Source: Alistipes sp. (lineage in GTDB: Bacteria; Bacteroidota; Bacteroidia; Bacteroidales; Rikenellaceae). From it: a DNA stretch of 64,000 bases. Location: NCBI GenBank assembly GCA_045605245.1, contig JAZUPN010000025.1, positions 12,734 through 76,733 on the forward strand, in the 5' to 3' direction. Below are positions 49,198-59,641 of the stretch, piece by piece (the first letter of the stretch is position 1; each line of letters opens with the position of its first letter). The notes beneath the pieces were generated by a model, which was not told where the DNA came from, did no database searches, and was given only the letters and a program-made list of their open reading frames with translations. The translations under genes and the position numbers were made by a program.

Positions 49198-49809
49198 TTA
49201 GTTGTTTGTCGTAATTTCTGCCTGCGCGCCCTCGACCTTCGAAAGACGTGTGAGCAGTTGCTCGCTTTGACTCTGACGTATGGTTAGCGTCATCGTGCAG
49301 AGGTTGTCGAAGCATTGCTCGACAATCTTCGGTTGCATATCCTTAACGATGCGCATAACCTCGTTCATCGCCATATATGAGAATCGCACCTCGATACGCT
49401 CATCTACCGTGCGCTCGACTACATTTGCCGCCGCGATAACCTCGGCAGCCGAAGTTTTGTAGGCCTCGATTAGTCCCGAAACGCCCAATTTCGTACCGCC
49501 GAAATATCGCACGACAACGATCAGACAGTCGGTAATCTCATTCGATAACAGCTGTCCGAGAATCGGTTTGCCGGCTGTCGATGAGGGCTCGCCATCGTCA
49601 TTTGCGCGGAACGTTTCACCACGCGGGCCTAATCGCCACGCATAGCAATGGTGTGTAGCGTCGTAATATTTTTTGTACAACACCTCGAGGTGCTCGCGTA
49701 TCTGCTCCTCCGTCGTTACGGGGTAAGCAAAGCAGAGGAACTTGCTGCTCTTCTCCTTGAAGATAGCCTCGGCATTGGCCTCGATTGTGCGATATACGTC
49801 GTTCTCCAT
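49198..49809 (-). CDS. yigZ: YigZ/IMPACT-family protein
   Basis: 203 aa with the UPF0029 core (SKFLCFAYPV..., HHCYAWRLG..., DDGEPSSTAGKPIL). Confidence 0.8.
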   Translation of the reverse strand: MENDVYRTIEANAEAIFKEKSSKFLCFAYPVTTEEQIREHLEVLYKKYYDATHHCYAWRLGPRGETFRANDDGEPSSTAGKPILGQLLSNEITDCLIVVVRYFGGTKLGVSGLIEAYKTSAAEVIAAANVVERTVDERIEVRFSYMAMNEVMRIVKDMQPKIVEQCFDNLCTMTLTIRQSQSEQLLTRLSKVEGAQAEITTNN

Positions 49810-49851
49810 AGTCGCGTTAGACGGCGTTTGGGGTTTGTTACTATTGTGCGT

Positions 49852-51231
49852 TTATTTGGTTTTGCGGAACATTCTGCTCCAACGGATATTCGCGGGAAAA
49901 CTCTTCTCCGGATCAAGCGACAGCCATATGAACGAAGCCTTGCCTACGATATGATCTTCAGGAACAAAACCCCAGAAACGCGAATCGGCCGAGTTGTGTC
50001 GGTTGTCGCCCATCATAAAGTAGTAATCCATCTTGAACGTATATTCTGTTGCGGGCTGACCGTTAATCAGAATCGCACCCTCGCGCTCCTCGATCGAGTT
50101 GCCCTCATAAACCTCAATGGCACGACGATACAACGGCCAACTCTTCTCGTTGAGTGCGATAGTCGCACCCTTTGCAGGAATCCACAGCGGCCCCATATTA
50201 TCGATATTCCAATTGTATAAGGTGTCATTGGGGAAATAGTCGAGATTGACCAGATCGTCATAGTAACGCTCCATAGCCACAACTTTGCGCATCTGGCCGA
50301 CAGCCTTCTCCTCGGCTTCGGTCAGGTGCATCGAGTAGTTTAGTCCTGCGCCTGCAACCTCGCTGATCCCCATCCCCTTAAACGCCTGTATGCTTACGGG
50401 GGCGTTGGTGGTTACAAAGTTGAGGTGCTGTTTTTCGGGAATCTCGCACTGCTTCTCGCCATTGACGAACACATCGCCATTGACAATCGAAAGTGTGTCG
50501 CCTGCAATCGCAACGCATCGCTTAATGTAGTTCTCGCGTTTATCGACGGGACGAGCAACAATCGTAAAATCCTGCTCCAAACGGCGGCGACCCTCGGTGT
50601 GCCCATATTGCTGCTGATAGTAACGCAGAACGTCGTAATAGGTCTTTTCCTGACGCTCCAAAAGCACCGTGTCGCCTGCGGGGAAGTTGAACACTACGAT
50701 ATCGTCGCGCTCGATCGAACGCAAGCCTTTCAGTCGATGATAGGGTCGCTGAATAATCTCCGAGTATGACTTTGCGCCTGTTTTTGAGAATGGCATAGTG
50801 TGATGAACGAACGGAAACGCAATGGGGGTATTGGGCATTTGCGGGCCGTATGTTACCTTGCTCACATAGAGATAGTCGCCCACGAGCAGCGTGCCCTCCA
50901 TCGATGACGAGGGAATGACATACATCTGGAAGATGAAGAGGTGAATGATCGAGGCCACAACCGTAGCAAAGATGATGGCACTAATCCACTCCTCAATCGA
51001 GCGATAGAGCTTGCTCTTCTCTTTGAGTTTGTCGTTATATTGACCGATAAATCGGTATAAAAACTTCGTGATATAGACATCGAAAATAACAATCAGACCG
51101 AGCAACCACCAAAGATTTCCGGTCCAAACGACAAACCAAAGCGTGTAAACGATGGCTGCGATCGAGAATTTAACCCAACGATTCGAGAATATCTGTTTTA
51201 ATTTATCCATTTTATTGCGTTCGAAAATCAC
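49852..51231 (-). CDS. lepB: Signal peptidase I
   Basis: 459 aa with the catalytic Ser box [12 protein letters not shown] and [11 protein letters not shown]. The start could be the downstream Met (MDKLKQIF, 51210). Confidence 0.85.
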   Translation of the reverse strand: MIFERNKMDKLKQIFSNRWVKFSIAAIVYTLWFVVWTGNLWWLLGLIVIFDVYITKFLYRFIGQYNDKLKEKSKLYRSIEEWISAIIFATVVASIIHLFIFQMYVIPSSSMEGTLLVGDYLYVSKVTYGPQMPNTPIAFPFVHHTMPFSKTGAKSYSEIIQRPYHRLKGLRSIERDDIVVFNFPAGDTVLLERQEKTYYDVLRYYQQQYGHTEGRRRLEQDFTIVARPVDKRENYIKRCVAIAGDTLSIVNGDVFVNGEKQCEIPEKQHLNFVTTNAPVSIQAFKGMGISEVAGAGLNYSMHLTEAEEKAVGQMRKVVAMERYYDDLVNLDYFPNDTLYNWNIDNMGPLWIPAKGATIALNEKSWPLYRRAIEVYEGNSIEEREGAILINGQPATEYTFKMDYYFMMGDNRHNSADSRFWGFVPEDHIVGKASFIWLSLDPEKSFPANIRWSRMFRKTK

Positions 51232-51393
51232 GTTAAAATATTAGTTTTCAGGGCTGTTTGCAGAGTTGTTCTGCGGCTTGCTCCTAACGGACAAAGATAC
51301 GATTTTATCTGCTTAAAATGAAATATTTTTTGACAGTTTTAGATTTTTATATTACATTTGTTGGCAATAAACGTAAAAGAATCGAAATCATCG

Positions 51394-52155
51394 ATGCGAT
51401 ATTTCATTGAGCTACGTTATGATGGTACCGCATATTGCGGTTGGCAGCGTCAGAAATCGGCCCCCTCGGTGCAACAGAGCATCGAACAGGGACTCTCTAC
51501 CCTTCTGCGATGTCCGACTGAAATTGTTGGTGCAGGTCGCACCGATACGGGTGTTCACGCAGCCTATTATGTGGCCCATTTCGATTCTGTACAACCCATT
51601 GCCGACACGTCGAGCTTTGCGTATCATTTGAACGCAATTTTGCCGCGCGATATTGCGGTGATGAGCATTTCGCAGGTGGCTGACGACGCCCACGCCCGTT
51701 TCGATGCTGTGCGCCGCGAGTATCGCTACCGCATAGAGAATCGCAAGAATCCATTTACGCGAGCTCACGCGTGGCAGTATTATGTTGCGCTGGATGTCGA
51801 AGCGATGAATAAGGCGGCTGCGCAATTGTTTGATTTTGAGGATTTTACATCGTTCGCAAAACTCAATTCGAACAATACAACCAACATCTGCCATATCTAC
51901 GAGGCTTGCTGGCAGCAGCGCGAAGATGGTACGTTGGAATTTACAATTGCGGCCGATCGCTTTTTGCGAAATATGGTGCGTGCGATTGTCGGCACGTTGG
52001 TCGATGTTGGCACGGGCAAACTAACGTCCGAAGGCTTTGCCGAGATTGTTGCTGCGCGTGATTTATCGCGCTCGTCGGGCTCGGCTCCGGCTCAGGGACT
52101 GTTTTTGAATGATGTGCAATACCCGCCCGAAGTATTCGAGCGAAAAACGAAATAG
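51394..52155 (+). CDS. truA: tRNA pseudouridine(38-40) synthase
   Basis: The ORF starts MRYFIELRYDGTAYCGWQRQ and has the catalytic loop GAGRTDTGVHA. I preferred the ATG at 51394 over the track start at 51358. Confidence 0.9.
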   Translation: MRYFIELRYDGTAYCGWQRQKSAPSVQQSIEQGLSTLLRCPTEIVGAGRTDTGVHAAYYVAHFDSVQPIADTSSFAYHLNAILPRDIAVMSISQVADDAHARFDAVRREYRYRIENRKNPFTRAHAWQYYVALDVEAMNKAAAQLFDFEDFTSFAKLNSNNTTNICHIYEACWQQREDGTLEFTIAADRFLRNMVRAIVGTLVDVGTGKLTSEGFAEIVAARDLSRSSGSAPAQGLFLNDVQYPPEVFERKTK

Positions 52156-52187
52156 AAACTATTGTTTAACCCTAAATTTATACAAAA

Positions 52188-52376
52188 ATGATTGTTGGTT
52201 TGATTTGTCTGGTTATCCAGATCATTCTTGCAGTTCAGATCTTCAAGCGTACTGATCTGGACATCGTAGGTAAGCTTGTTATGGCTTTGGTAGTAATCTT
52301 GGTACCCTATATGATCGGTGCTGCGTTCTACTACTTCTACGCAAAGGATAAGGCTGCACAGTGGTTCAAGAAGTAA
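52188..52376 (+). CDS. Small two-helix membrane protein (hypothetical)
   Basis: 62 aa with two hydrophobic helices. A strong terminator follows. Confidence 0.4.
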   Translation: MIVGLICLVIQIILAVQIFKRTDLDIVGKLVMALVVILVPYMIGAAFYYFYAKDKAAQWFKK

Positions 52377-52400
52377 TCCACTCTGCGCATTAAACGCAAT

Positions 52401-52443
52401 ACCGCCCGACTTCGCAAAAGGTCGGGCGGTGTGATTTTTTTTT
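52401..52443. terminator. Bidirectional rho-independent terminator
   Basis: ACCGCCCGAC-loop-GTCGGGCGGT followed by a T9 run. Confidence 0.7.
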
Positions 52444-52455
52444 GATAGTTTTTCG

Positions 52456-52929
52456 TTAGTATTGGAACATAAAGTTTAACGTATAGGCTGTTCGATAGAA
52501 TTTTGTTCCGTCAAGACTGACTGCTGGATGCCATTTTGGAGACTTTTGCAAGACCTCTTTAACGGCTTCGGTCAGTGCCGGATCAGGCGAGAAAAGTAGT
52601 TCGTGGAAATATACGCTTCCGTCGTTATCGACAACGATTCGCACTTGAACTTTGCCTCTGGCTGTGCATCCTTTGGGGTATTTAATCATACTTTGCGCCC
52701 AAACTCGATAATCTATTGAGGGGTGTTTGTCTTTATTTTTGAAAAAAGCGGCATAGATAACTGTACCGTCTTCCATTGTTACAACCTCTCTGCCAACCGT
52801 GTCGAGCAGAAAAGCCTGCTCTTTTTGAGCTTTGCGTAGCTCTCTTTTGTTCTGATCGGCAGCCGTCGCTTGTCCAATTGCCAATGTGGCAAATAGAATG
52901 GCGAGTAAAAGTTTGGTTATCGTTTTCAT
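52456..52929 (-). CDS. Secreted TonB-C-terminal-like domain protein
   Basis: 157 aa with a signal peptide. The C-terminal GKVQVRIVVDNDGSV...ALTEAVKEVLQKSPKWHPA resembles a TonB_C fold. Confidence 0.5.
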   Translation of the reverse strand: MKTITKLLLAILFATLAIGQATAADQNKRELRKAQKEQAFLLDTVGREVVTMEDGTVIYAAFFKNKDKHPSIDYRVWAQSMIKYPKGCTARGKVQVRIVVDNDGSVYFHELLFSPDPALTEAVKEVLQKSPKWHPAVSLDGTKFYRTAYTLNFMFQY

Positions 52930-53037
52930 AGTTTTTATAGATTGATTTTTGCAAAATTAAAAAAAACATTTGCAATTCCAAATAAAAAACGCCCGATTTC
53001 GCGTTGAATCGAGCGTTTCCTGTGAAAATATTGGATT

Positions 53038-54429
53038 CTATCCGTGAATAGCGTGTCCCAGAGCTGCTTCGGCTGCCTCCATCACCGCCTCGTTCATTGT
53101 CGGGTGCGGGTGGATTGTGTGTGCCAGAACCTCGGCCGTTGCACCCAAAGCCTTGGCTACGGTCGGCTCGGCGATCATCTCGGTTACGTTCATACCGACG
53201 AAGTGTGCACCGATCAATTTGTCGGTTGCGGCGTCAAAGAGCAACTTCACGAATCCGTCGCGCTCGCCAGCCGCAGCCGCCTTGCCCGATGCGGTGAATT
53301 GGAATCGGCCGACCTTCAATTCGATACCCTTCTCTGTTGCCTGCTTTTCGGTCAAACCAACCGAGGCAACTTCGGGCGATGTATAGACGCACGAAGGAAC
53401 AGTCGAGTAATCAAACGGTTGAGGTGAGCGGCCGGAAATTGCATCAACACAATGAGTTGCCTGGGCCGATGCAACGTGCGCTAATGCGGGCGTGGGGATC
53501 AAATCGCCAATGGCATAAATGCCTTCGACGGCCGTCTGGTAGTGCTCGTCAACCTTGATCTTGTCGCGCTCCAACTCGATGCCGACCCTCTCCAAGCCGA
53601 TATTTTCGGTGTTGGTTTTGATGCCGACAGCCGCCAAAACCATATCTGCAACGAGCGTTTCGGCCCCCTTCTTACCCTCAATATCGACCTCGCAACGACC
53701 CTCGTCATTTACGCGAGCGGCCTTAACGGTTGTGCCCGTATAGACCGTCGCGCGCATCTTGCGGAAGGCGCGTTCCATTGTCTTCGACACCTCCTCGTCT
53801 TCGAGAGGCATAAGGTTGGGCAGATACTCGACAATAGTTACCTTCACTCCTAATTGTGCGAATAAAAAGGCAAACTCGCTACCGATCGCACCTGATCCGA
53901 TTACGACGATTGATTCGGGCAGATCCTTGATGACCAAAGCCTCGCGCGAGGTGATAATTTTCTCGCCATCAACGGGAATAAAGGGCATTTGACGCGGGCG
54001 CGCACCCGTAGCCAAGATGATATGATCGGCCTCATAAAGCGTGCGACCCTCCTCGTTTTCGACAGCTACAACGCCTTTGCTCTCGATCGAGCCGTGGCCA
54101 CGCAGAACGTCGATTTTATTCTTCTTCATCAGGAAGTCAATGCCCTTGCTCATCGTCTCGGCAACGCCACGACTACGAGCTACAATCTTTGCGATGTCGG
54201 CCTTTGCCTCACCCTCGATGTCAATGCCGTAAGCAGCGGCATTCTTGACGTAATGATAGACAGACGCACTTTTCAGAAGCGCCTTTGTCGGGATACAACC
54301 CCAATTCAAGCAGACGCCACCCAACGCTTCGCGCTCGACGATTGCGGTGCGTTTGCCGGCCTGTGCAGCGCGTACGGCGGCTACATAACCACCGGGTCCG
54401 CTGCCGATAACTATAATGTCGTATTTCAT
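53038..54429 (-). CDS. lpdA: Dihydrolipoyl dehydrogenase
   Basis: 463 aa with the FAD motif GSGPGGY, the redox disulfide GGVCLNWGCIPTK and the C-terminal HPHPT. Confidence 0.92.
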   Translation of the reverse strand: MKYDIIVIGSGPGGYVAAVRAAQAGKRTAIVEREALGGVCLNWGCIPTKALLKSASVYHYVKNAAAYGIDIEGEAKADIAKIVARSRGVAETMSKGIDFLMKKNKIDVLRGHGSIESKGVVAVENEEGRTLYEADHIILATGARPRQMPFIPVDGEKIITSREALVIKDLPESIVVIGSGAIGSEFAFLFAQLGVKVTIVEYLPNLMPLEDEEVSKTMERAFRKMRATVYTGTTVKAARVNDEGRCEVDIEGKKGAETLVADMVLAAVGIKTNTENIGLERVGIELERDKIKVDEHYQTAVEGIYAIGDLIPTPALAHVASAQATHCVDAISGRSPQPFDYSTVPSCVYTSPEVASVGLTEKQATEKGIELKVGRFQFTASGKAAAAGERDGFVKLLFDAATDKLIGAHFVGMNVTEMIAEPTVAKALGATAEVLAHTIHPHPTMNEAVMEAAEAALGHAIHG

Positions 54430-54445
54430 TCTCTTATAGCGTGTT

Positions 54446-56125
54446 TTATTTGATTACTTTAAGCGTTTCGCCAGCGTCGTCAGCTACTGCGCGCTTCCAC
54501 TTCTCGTCGTAGCCGGGGAACATAGGCATTTCGGGAATCGAGCGACCATTGCCATTGTCTTGGAACGAGCCGTCCTCGTTTTGACGCTTCACGTTGCCGT
54601 CGATGTACTTCACCAGCAGATACTGATCCAGAGCCGACCACTCTGCGAACAATTTCTGTGCCTTCTCAACCGAATAGCGGGTAACGAACTCCTGTGCCTT
54701 TTTGGGACTCTTCTTGTAGAGTGCCACTGCCTGAGCATCAATCTCTGCCAACTCCGCCAGACGATCGTTCTCCCAAGCATCAACCTTGCCACGTACCTCT
54801 GTGCCAATCATATTATAACGAAGGTATGCGAAATTTGAAACGCGATTGAACAGCCAGAATGCCGATGTAGGCGAGTACTCCATCATTGAGCCGTTGCCCT
54901 CTGCAAAACATTCGGGAACTTCGGTTGTCGAGCAATAGATCGGGGTCAGAGCCGAGGTCGATGCGTCATCAACGCCAAACCACAGAATGCCACCAATCGG
55001 ATTAGGTAGCCAATTACGAGTCTGTGCAACGAGCCAGAAACCGGTCTGCTGCGTAGCGATTGCACGCTCGTTGGTATATTCAACGCCATCAACCTCCCAG
55101 CTCATCGGTCGCCAACGATAAGGCAGACCATTGCCACCTGCACCAACGTCGGTTGTCATATCCATCGGAGTACCCTCATAGTGGTCGCGCATAGCGTCGA
55201 AAACCACCTTCGCCGATACCTTTGCGCGAGGTTTAACCCACAGAGGCATACGGTTTTTGGGATTGTGGCCCATTGCATAGTCGAGGTACTGATCCATACC
55301 GTCGGCAACCATACGGAAGAAACTCCAAACGCGAGCCTCGCAACCGCGCAGTGCCATAAAATCGGCAGGTGCGTAGGTGTCGCAGAAACTGAAATCGTCG
55401 TCCGAGCCCTCATACAAACCCGCCTCGCGTGCGAACGAGATTACATCGTCGGCATAGACACAATTTTCGGGATCGTTCTTCGGGAAGGTCGAGATGCGCG
55501 AGTGGTTGGCGTGTGCGCTGACGTATCCGTCGGGAATGCGGCGCGCCACATATACGATACCTTTGTGAATGTTGTCGCCGCGCTCGTTGAGCTTGCAACC
55601 CTTGCCGATTAACTCCATAATCCACGCCTCGTTAGCGTCGGCAATGGTGAATGACTCACCACTCGATGCGTAACCATACTCTTCTGTGAGTGAAACGATT
55701 ACGTCGATTGCCTCACGTGCCGTTTTAGCTCGTTGCAGGGTGATGTAGATCAGTGAGCCGTAGTCCATAATGCCTGTCGAGTCCTCCAATTCGGGGCGAC
55801 CGCCGAATGTTGTTTCGGTGATAACGAGCGAGTGCTCGTTCATATTACCGACGGTCGAATAGGTGCGCTCGGCCTGCTTGATCTGACCCATATATTTGCC
55901 GCTATCCCAATCATATACTGACATATACGAGCCTTTGGGATAGCCCTTTTTGGGTGCGTTGTACTTGTAGAGTGCACCATAAAGCTGGTGTGAGTCGGCA
56001 GCATAGCTGACGAGAATCGAGCCGTCGGCCGATGCACCGCGCGTAACGATAAGGTTTGTGCAGGCCAAAGCCACGCCCGAGGCGAGCAATGCAACTGCCG
56101 TAAGTAGTGATTTAAGTCGTGTCAT
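54446..56125 (-). CDS. C69-family dipeptidase
   Basis: 559 aa with a signal peptide ending in the nucleophile Cys (ALACTNLIV). The length and motifs are typical of peptidase C69. Confidence 0.8.
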   Translation of the reverse strand: MTRLKSLLTAVALLASGVALACTNLIVTRGASADGSILVSYAADSHQLYGALYKYNAPKKGYPKGSYMSVYDWDSGKYMGQIKQAERTYSTVGNMNEHSLVITETTFGGRPELEDSTGIMDYGSLIYITLQRAKTAREAIDVIVSLTEEYGYASSGESFTIADANEAWIMELIGKGCKLNERGDNIHKGIVYVARRIPDGYVSAHANHSRISTFPKNDPENCVYADDVISFAREAGLYEGSDDDFSFCDTYAPADFMALRGCEARVWSFFRMVADGMDQYLDYAMGHNPKNRMPLWVKPRAKVSAKVVFDAMRDHYEGTPMDMTTDVGAGGNGLPYRWRPMSWEVDGVEYTNERAIATQQTGFWLVAQTRNWLPNPIGGILWFGVDDASTSALTPIYCSTTEVPECFAEGNGSMMEYSPTSAFWLFNRVSNFAYLRYNMIGTEVRGKVDAWENDRLAELAEIDAQAVALYKKSPKKAQEFVTRYSVEKAQKLFAEWSALDQYLLVKYIDGNVKRQNEDGSFQDNGNGRSIPEMPMFPGYDEKWKRAVADDAGETLKVIK

Positions 56126-56224
56126 AACTGTTCGAATATTGTAGTTTAACTACAAATATACGAAAATTTCGGGATTTTACGAATTTTGACTAACTTTACG
56201 CATCGAAACTAACGATTTTTCGCA

Positions 56225-56890
56225 ATGTCAGTAAAAAGTCAATTGGAGTGCGTGCGTGCGACGTTACCCGAAGGGGTTACGCTCGTTGCGGTGTCGAAAA
56301 CCCACCCGATCGAGGCGATCGCGGAGGCGTACGAGGCGGGTCAGCGTGTCTTTGGCGAGAGCCGCCCGCAGGAGTTGCGCGCCAAGTATGAGGCTCTGCC
56401 GTACGACATAGAGTGGCATATGATCGGTCATCTCCAAACCAATAAAATCAAGTATATTGCTCCTTTCGTCGCGCTTATTCATTCGGTTGATAGCGAGCGA
56501 CTTGCCGAGGCTATTCAGGTGCAGGCAGCCAAGTGCAATCGAACGATTGATGTGCTGCTCGAAATCCACGTTGCAGCCGAGGAGAGCAAGTCGGGCTGGA
56601 CGATTAAGGATCTTCGTGCGGCGGTGGCATCGGGGCTGTTTGAACGTCTGCCAAATGTGCGTGTGCGCGGCGTGATGGGCATTGCGACCAATACCGATGA
56701 TGAGCGGCGCGTTGCGGCCGATTTTGCGCAACTCAATGCTTATAAAGAGGAACTTGCGCTCCATTTTGGCGAGCCGTTCGATACCCTCTCGATGGGAATG
56801 TCGGACGACTACCCCGCTGCCATCGCAGCCGGCTCGACAATGGTCCGCATAGGCTCAACAATCTTCGGCGAGCGCGACTATTCGAAATAA
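56225..56890 (+). CDS. yggS: YggS-family pyridoxal-phosphate homeostasis protein
   Basis: 221 aa with the PLP lysine in VAVSKTHP and MGMSDDY. Confidence 0.88.
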   Translation: MSVKSQLECVRATLPEGVTLVAVSKTHPIEAIAEAYEAGQRVFGESRPQELRAKYEALPYDIEWHMIGHLQTNKIKYIAPFVALIHSVDSERLAEAIQVQAAKCNRTIDVLLEIHVAAEESKSGWTIKDLRAAVASGLFERLPNVRVRGVMGIATNTDDERRVAADFAQLNAYKEELALHFGEPFDTLSMGMSDDYPAAIAAGSTMVRIGSTIFGERDYSK

Positions 56891-56912
56891 GATTTACTGT
56901 CAATCACAAAAT

Positions 56913-56942
56913 AAAAACCCACGACCAAAAATCGTGGGTTTT
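56913..56942. terminator. Bidirectional rho-independent terminator
   Basis: AAAAACCCACGA-loop-TCGTGGGTTTTT. Confidence 0.65.
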
Positions 56943-56961
56943 ATTATTGATATAAAGTTGC

Positions 56962-58020
56962 TTATCTCACTCGCAACGAACGACCAATGCGCAGTGTGGT
57001 TTTGCTCGAAATGCCATTCAGACGACAGATTGCGCCAACCGTTGTGCCATACTTGATAGCCAAACTGCCGAGTGTATCGCCCGAACGAATCTTGTGATAG
57101 ACCTGCTTTGCAGCCTCCTCCTTTTTCTTCTGCTCGGCAATCTCTTCGTCGCCAAGAATCTCATCTTCAAAATCTTGAATGCCCGCGCGCGAGTGAATAT
57201 CGAAGTAATCCTTTTTGAGCAGGAATGTCTCGCGGCGCAAGTTACCCGTTTCGAAATTTACCAGACGTTCGGGGTCGAAAGTCTGTCCGAAATAGCGCAT
57301 TTCGTAGTGCAGATGCGGACCTGTACTGCGGCCCGTATTGCCACCCAAACCAATGATTTGACCCGCATAAACCGTATCGTTGGGTTTAACCAGACGCTGG
57401 TCGAGATGACCGTGCCAAGTTTCAAGACCGTTGTCGTGGCGAATCACAACGAGATTGCCATAACCTCCTTTGTTGTAGGTCGATATGCGAACTTTGCCAC
57501 TAAATGTAGCATAGATCGGGTCGCCCGTTTTAAGCGGAATATCGATGCCGCGATGACGGCGACGGCCACGCGGACCGAACTTCGAACGAATCGTTCCCTT
57601 GTAGGGATAGTGGTATCCTTTCAGCGAATCAACCAACTCGATCACAACCGATTCGGGCAGGTCGGCCAGCTTTACATCCTCATAGGGGAACAACTTGACC
57701 GTATCCCAATGCTTTGCGTAGGTATCCACCTCCCAATCTTCGGCGGTGCGGATGCGAACATATCGCCACGAATTGTCGTTAAACAGAACGACCTTAACTG
57801 CATCGTTTTCGGTCGGGAGTGTATCGAGGGCAATCGTACCGTTGCCGGTGCTGACCGAGCTGACAGGCTGCGCTTTTGCTTTGGGCATTGCTTCGAGTAA
57901 TTCGATCTCGCTCTGTGCCTGCTGGATTAGCTCTTTAAGTTTGCTAACATCCTGTGCTTGTGCAGTTACCGATGTCGCAACTGCCAATGCTATGGGTAGA
58001 ATAAGTTTGGTAATTTTCAC
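56962..58020 (-). CDS. M23-family peptidoglycan endopeptidase with C-terminal LysM domain
   Basis: 352 aa with a signal peptide, HRGIDI, GNTGRSTGPHLHYE and LysM (YHKIRSGDTLGSLAIKYGTTVGAICRLNGI). Confidence 0.85.
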   Translation of the reverse strand: MKITKLILPIALAVATSVTAQAQDVSKLKELIQQAQSEIELLEAMPKAKAQPVSSVSTGNGTIALDTLPTENDAVKVVLFNDNSWRYVRIRTAEDWEVDTYAKHWDTVKLFPYEDVKLADLPESVVIELVDSLKGYHYPYKGTIRSKFGPRGRRRHRGIDIPLKTGDPIYATFSGKVRISTYNKGGYGNLVVIRHDNGLETWHGHLDQRLVKPNDTVYAGQIIGLGGNTGRSTGPHLHYEMRYFGQTFDPERLVNFETGNLRRETFLLKKDYFDIHSRAGIQDFEDEILGDEEIAEQKKKEEAAKQVYHKIRSGDTLGSLAIKYGTTVGAICRLNGISSKTTLRIGRSLRVR

Positions 58021-58056
58021 GTTAATCGTAATTTTTAGTCGGGCAAATATACGTAT

Positions 58057-58641
58057 TTATTCCGATTTTTCACTCTCTTTGATATATTCTTCGGCGGCTT
58101 CGAGTGCCTTGTAGAACTCCTCGCCAAAACGACGAGTGATAGGCTCTTTCAGTGCCTTATAAACGGGTACGCCCAATTTGCGACCACACTCCACCGCATC
58201 ACGACAAACTGACCAGCGATGATAATTCAGACCGACGCTGCCGTTCGAGAAATTGACCAATCGAATGGGGTAAAGATGGCACGAAATAGGCTTGTAGAAC
58301 GAGCATTTGCCCTCGCGGTAGGCACGCTCGATAGCGCAGAAAGTAACGCCATCCTCTTCGAACGAATAGGCGCACTCGGCATCGTTAATCAGCGGTGTGC
58401 AATAATCTCCGTCGCTATCGACGACCATAAAGCCTTGTTGCTCAATGGCCTCAATGCCTTCGGACTTCATATAGGGTTTGTAATTTTCATACTCCTCTTC
58501 GAGAATATCAACCTCGTCGATATCAAGCGGCGCACCTGCATTGCCCTCGACGCAACAGATTCCGCGACACTTGCCTAAATCGCACACGAAACACTCGCGC
58601 AGCAGATCGAGGCTCACAATTTTGTCATCAATTTCAATCAT
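58057..58641 (-). CDS. DUF3109-family Cys-rich protein
   Basis: 194 aa starting MIEIDDKIVSLDLLRECFVCDLGKCRGICCVEG, typical of Bacteroidetes DUF3109. Its start overlaps the ddl stop by 1 nt. Confidence 0.7.
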   Translation of the reverse strand: MIEIDDKIVSLDLLRECFVCDLGKCRGICCVEGNAGAPLDIDEVDILEEEYENYKPYMKSEGIEAIEQQGFMVVDSDGDYCTPLINDAECAYSFEEDGVTFCAIERAYREGKCSFYKPISCHLYPIRLVNFSNGSVGLNYHRWSVCRDAVECGRKLGVPVYKALKEPITRRFGEEFYKALEAAEEYIKESEKSE

Positions 58642-59621
58642 TATTTCAAAGAATCAGCAATTACTAAATCGAACATTTCGCCCAGCGACATTCCCATTGT
58701 TGCAGCCTGTTTGGGAACTATACTTGCGGCACTCATACCGGGGATCGTGTTGATCTCGACCATATAGGGTACGCCTTCGGGAGTGAGGATAAAGTCGGCG
58801 CGCACTACTCCACTGCAACGGCACAGACGATATGCCTCGACGGCCATTTGGCGAATCTTCTCGGCCGACTCTTCGTCAATGGGTGCGGGAGTGATCTCGT
58901 CAGACATACCGCTTGTATATTTAGCCTCGTAGTCGAAGAAATCCTTTTTCGAAACGATCTCGGTCAGCGGGAATACACACTCCTTCTCGCCGAGGATCAT
59001 CAAACCGCAGCCAATCTCACGACCCGCGATCATCTCTTCGATCAAGATGTCGTCGCTCTCGCTACGTGCGTACTCAATAGCGGCTGCAATATCCTCTTTT
59101 TTAGATACTTTTGTTACACCGCAACTGCTACCGCTTGCGTTAGGCTTGATAAATACGGGCAGGCCCAACTGCTCAACCACTTCGTCTGCCGACACGTTTT
59201 CGTTGCGTGTAAGGAAGATCTCGCGAGCAACGGGAACGCGACCTGCAACAGCGCGTTTAGTCGAAATCTTGTCGAATGTGATCACCGACGATGCCATTCC
59301 GCACGAAGAGTAAGGTACGCCCATAATGTCGAGGTAGCCCTGCAACTTGCCATCTTCACCCGGAGTGCCGTGAATGATAATCAATGCATAATCAAAGGGC
59401 TTGTGAATGCCATCGATCGTAATCGAAAAATCATTCTTATCTACTGCAATGACCTCGCCTGCGGCAGTTGTGTGGTTCCAATTGCGACCCTGCACATCGA
59501 CCACCGTAATATCATATTTCGAGTGGTCCATTGCCTGCTCGATCTGCGCTGCGCTTGCCAATGCAATTTCGCGCTCCGATGAGTCGCCACCCGATAAAAG
59601 GGCTATATTGAGTTTTTTCAT
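58641..59621 (-). CDS. ddl: D-alanine--D-alanine ligase
   Basis: 326 aa with an ATP-grasp fold and typical Ddl N-terminus (LLSGGDSSEREIAL) and C-terminus (EINTIPGM). Confidence 0.93.
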   Translation of the reverse strand: MKKLNIALLSGGDSSEREIALASAAQIEQAMDHSKYDITVVDVQGRNWNHTTAAGEVIAVDKNDFSITIDGIHKPFDYALIIIHGTPGEDGKLQGYLDIMGVPYSSCGMASSVITFDKISTKRAVAGRVPVAREIFLTRNENVSADEVVEQLGLPVFIKPNASGSSCGVTKVSKKEDIAAAIEYARSESDDILIEEMIAGREIGCGLMILGEKECVFPLTEIVSKKDFFDYEAKYTSGMSDEITPAPIDEESAEKIRQMAVEAYRLCRCSGVVRADFILTPEGVPYMVEINTIPGMSAASIVPKQAATMGMSLGEMFDLVIADSLK

Positions 59622-59641
59622 CTTTAAATCGTTGTTTGTGA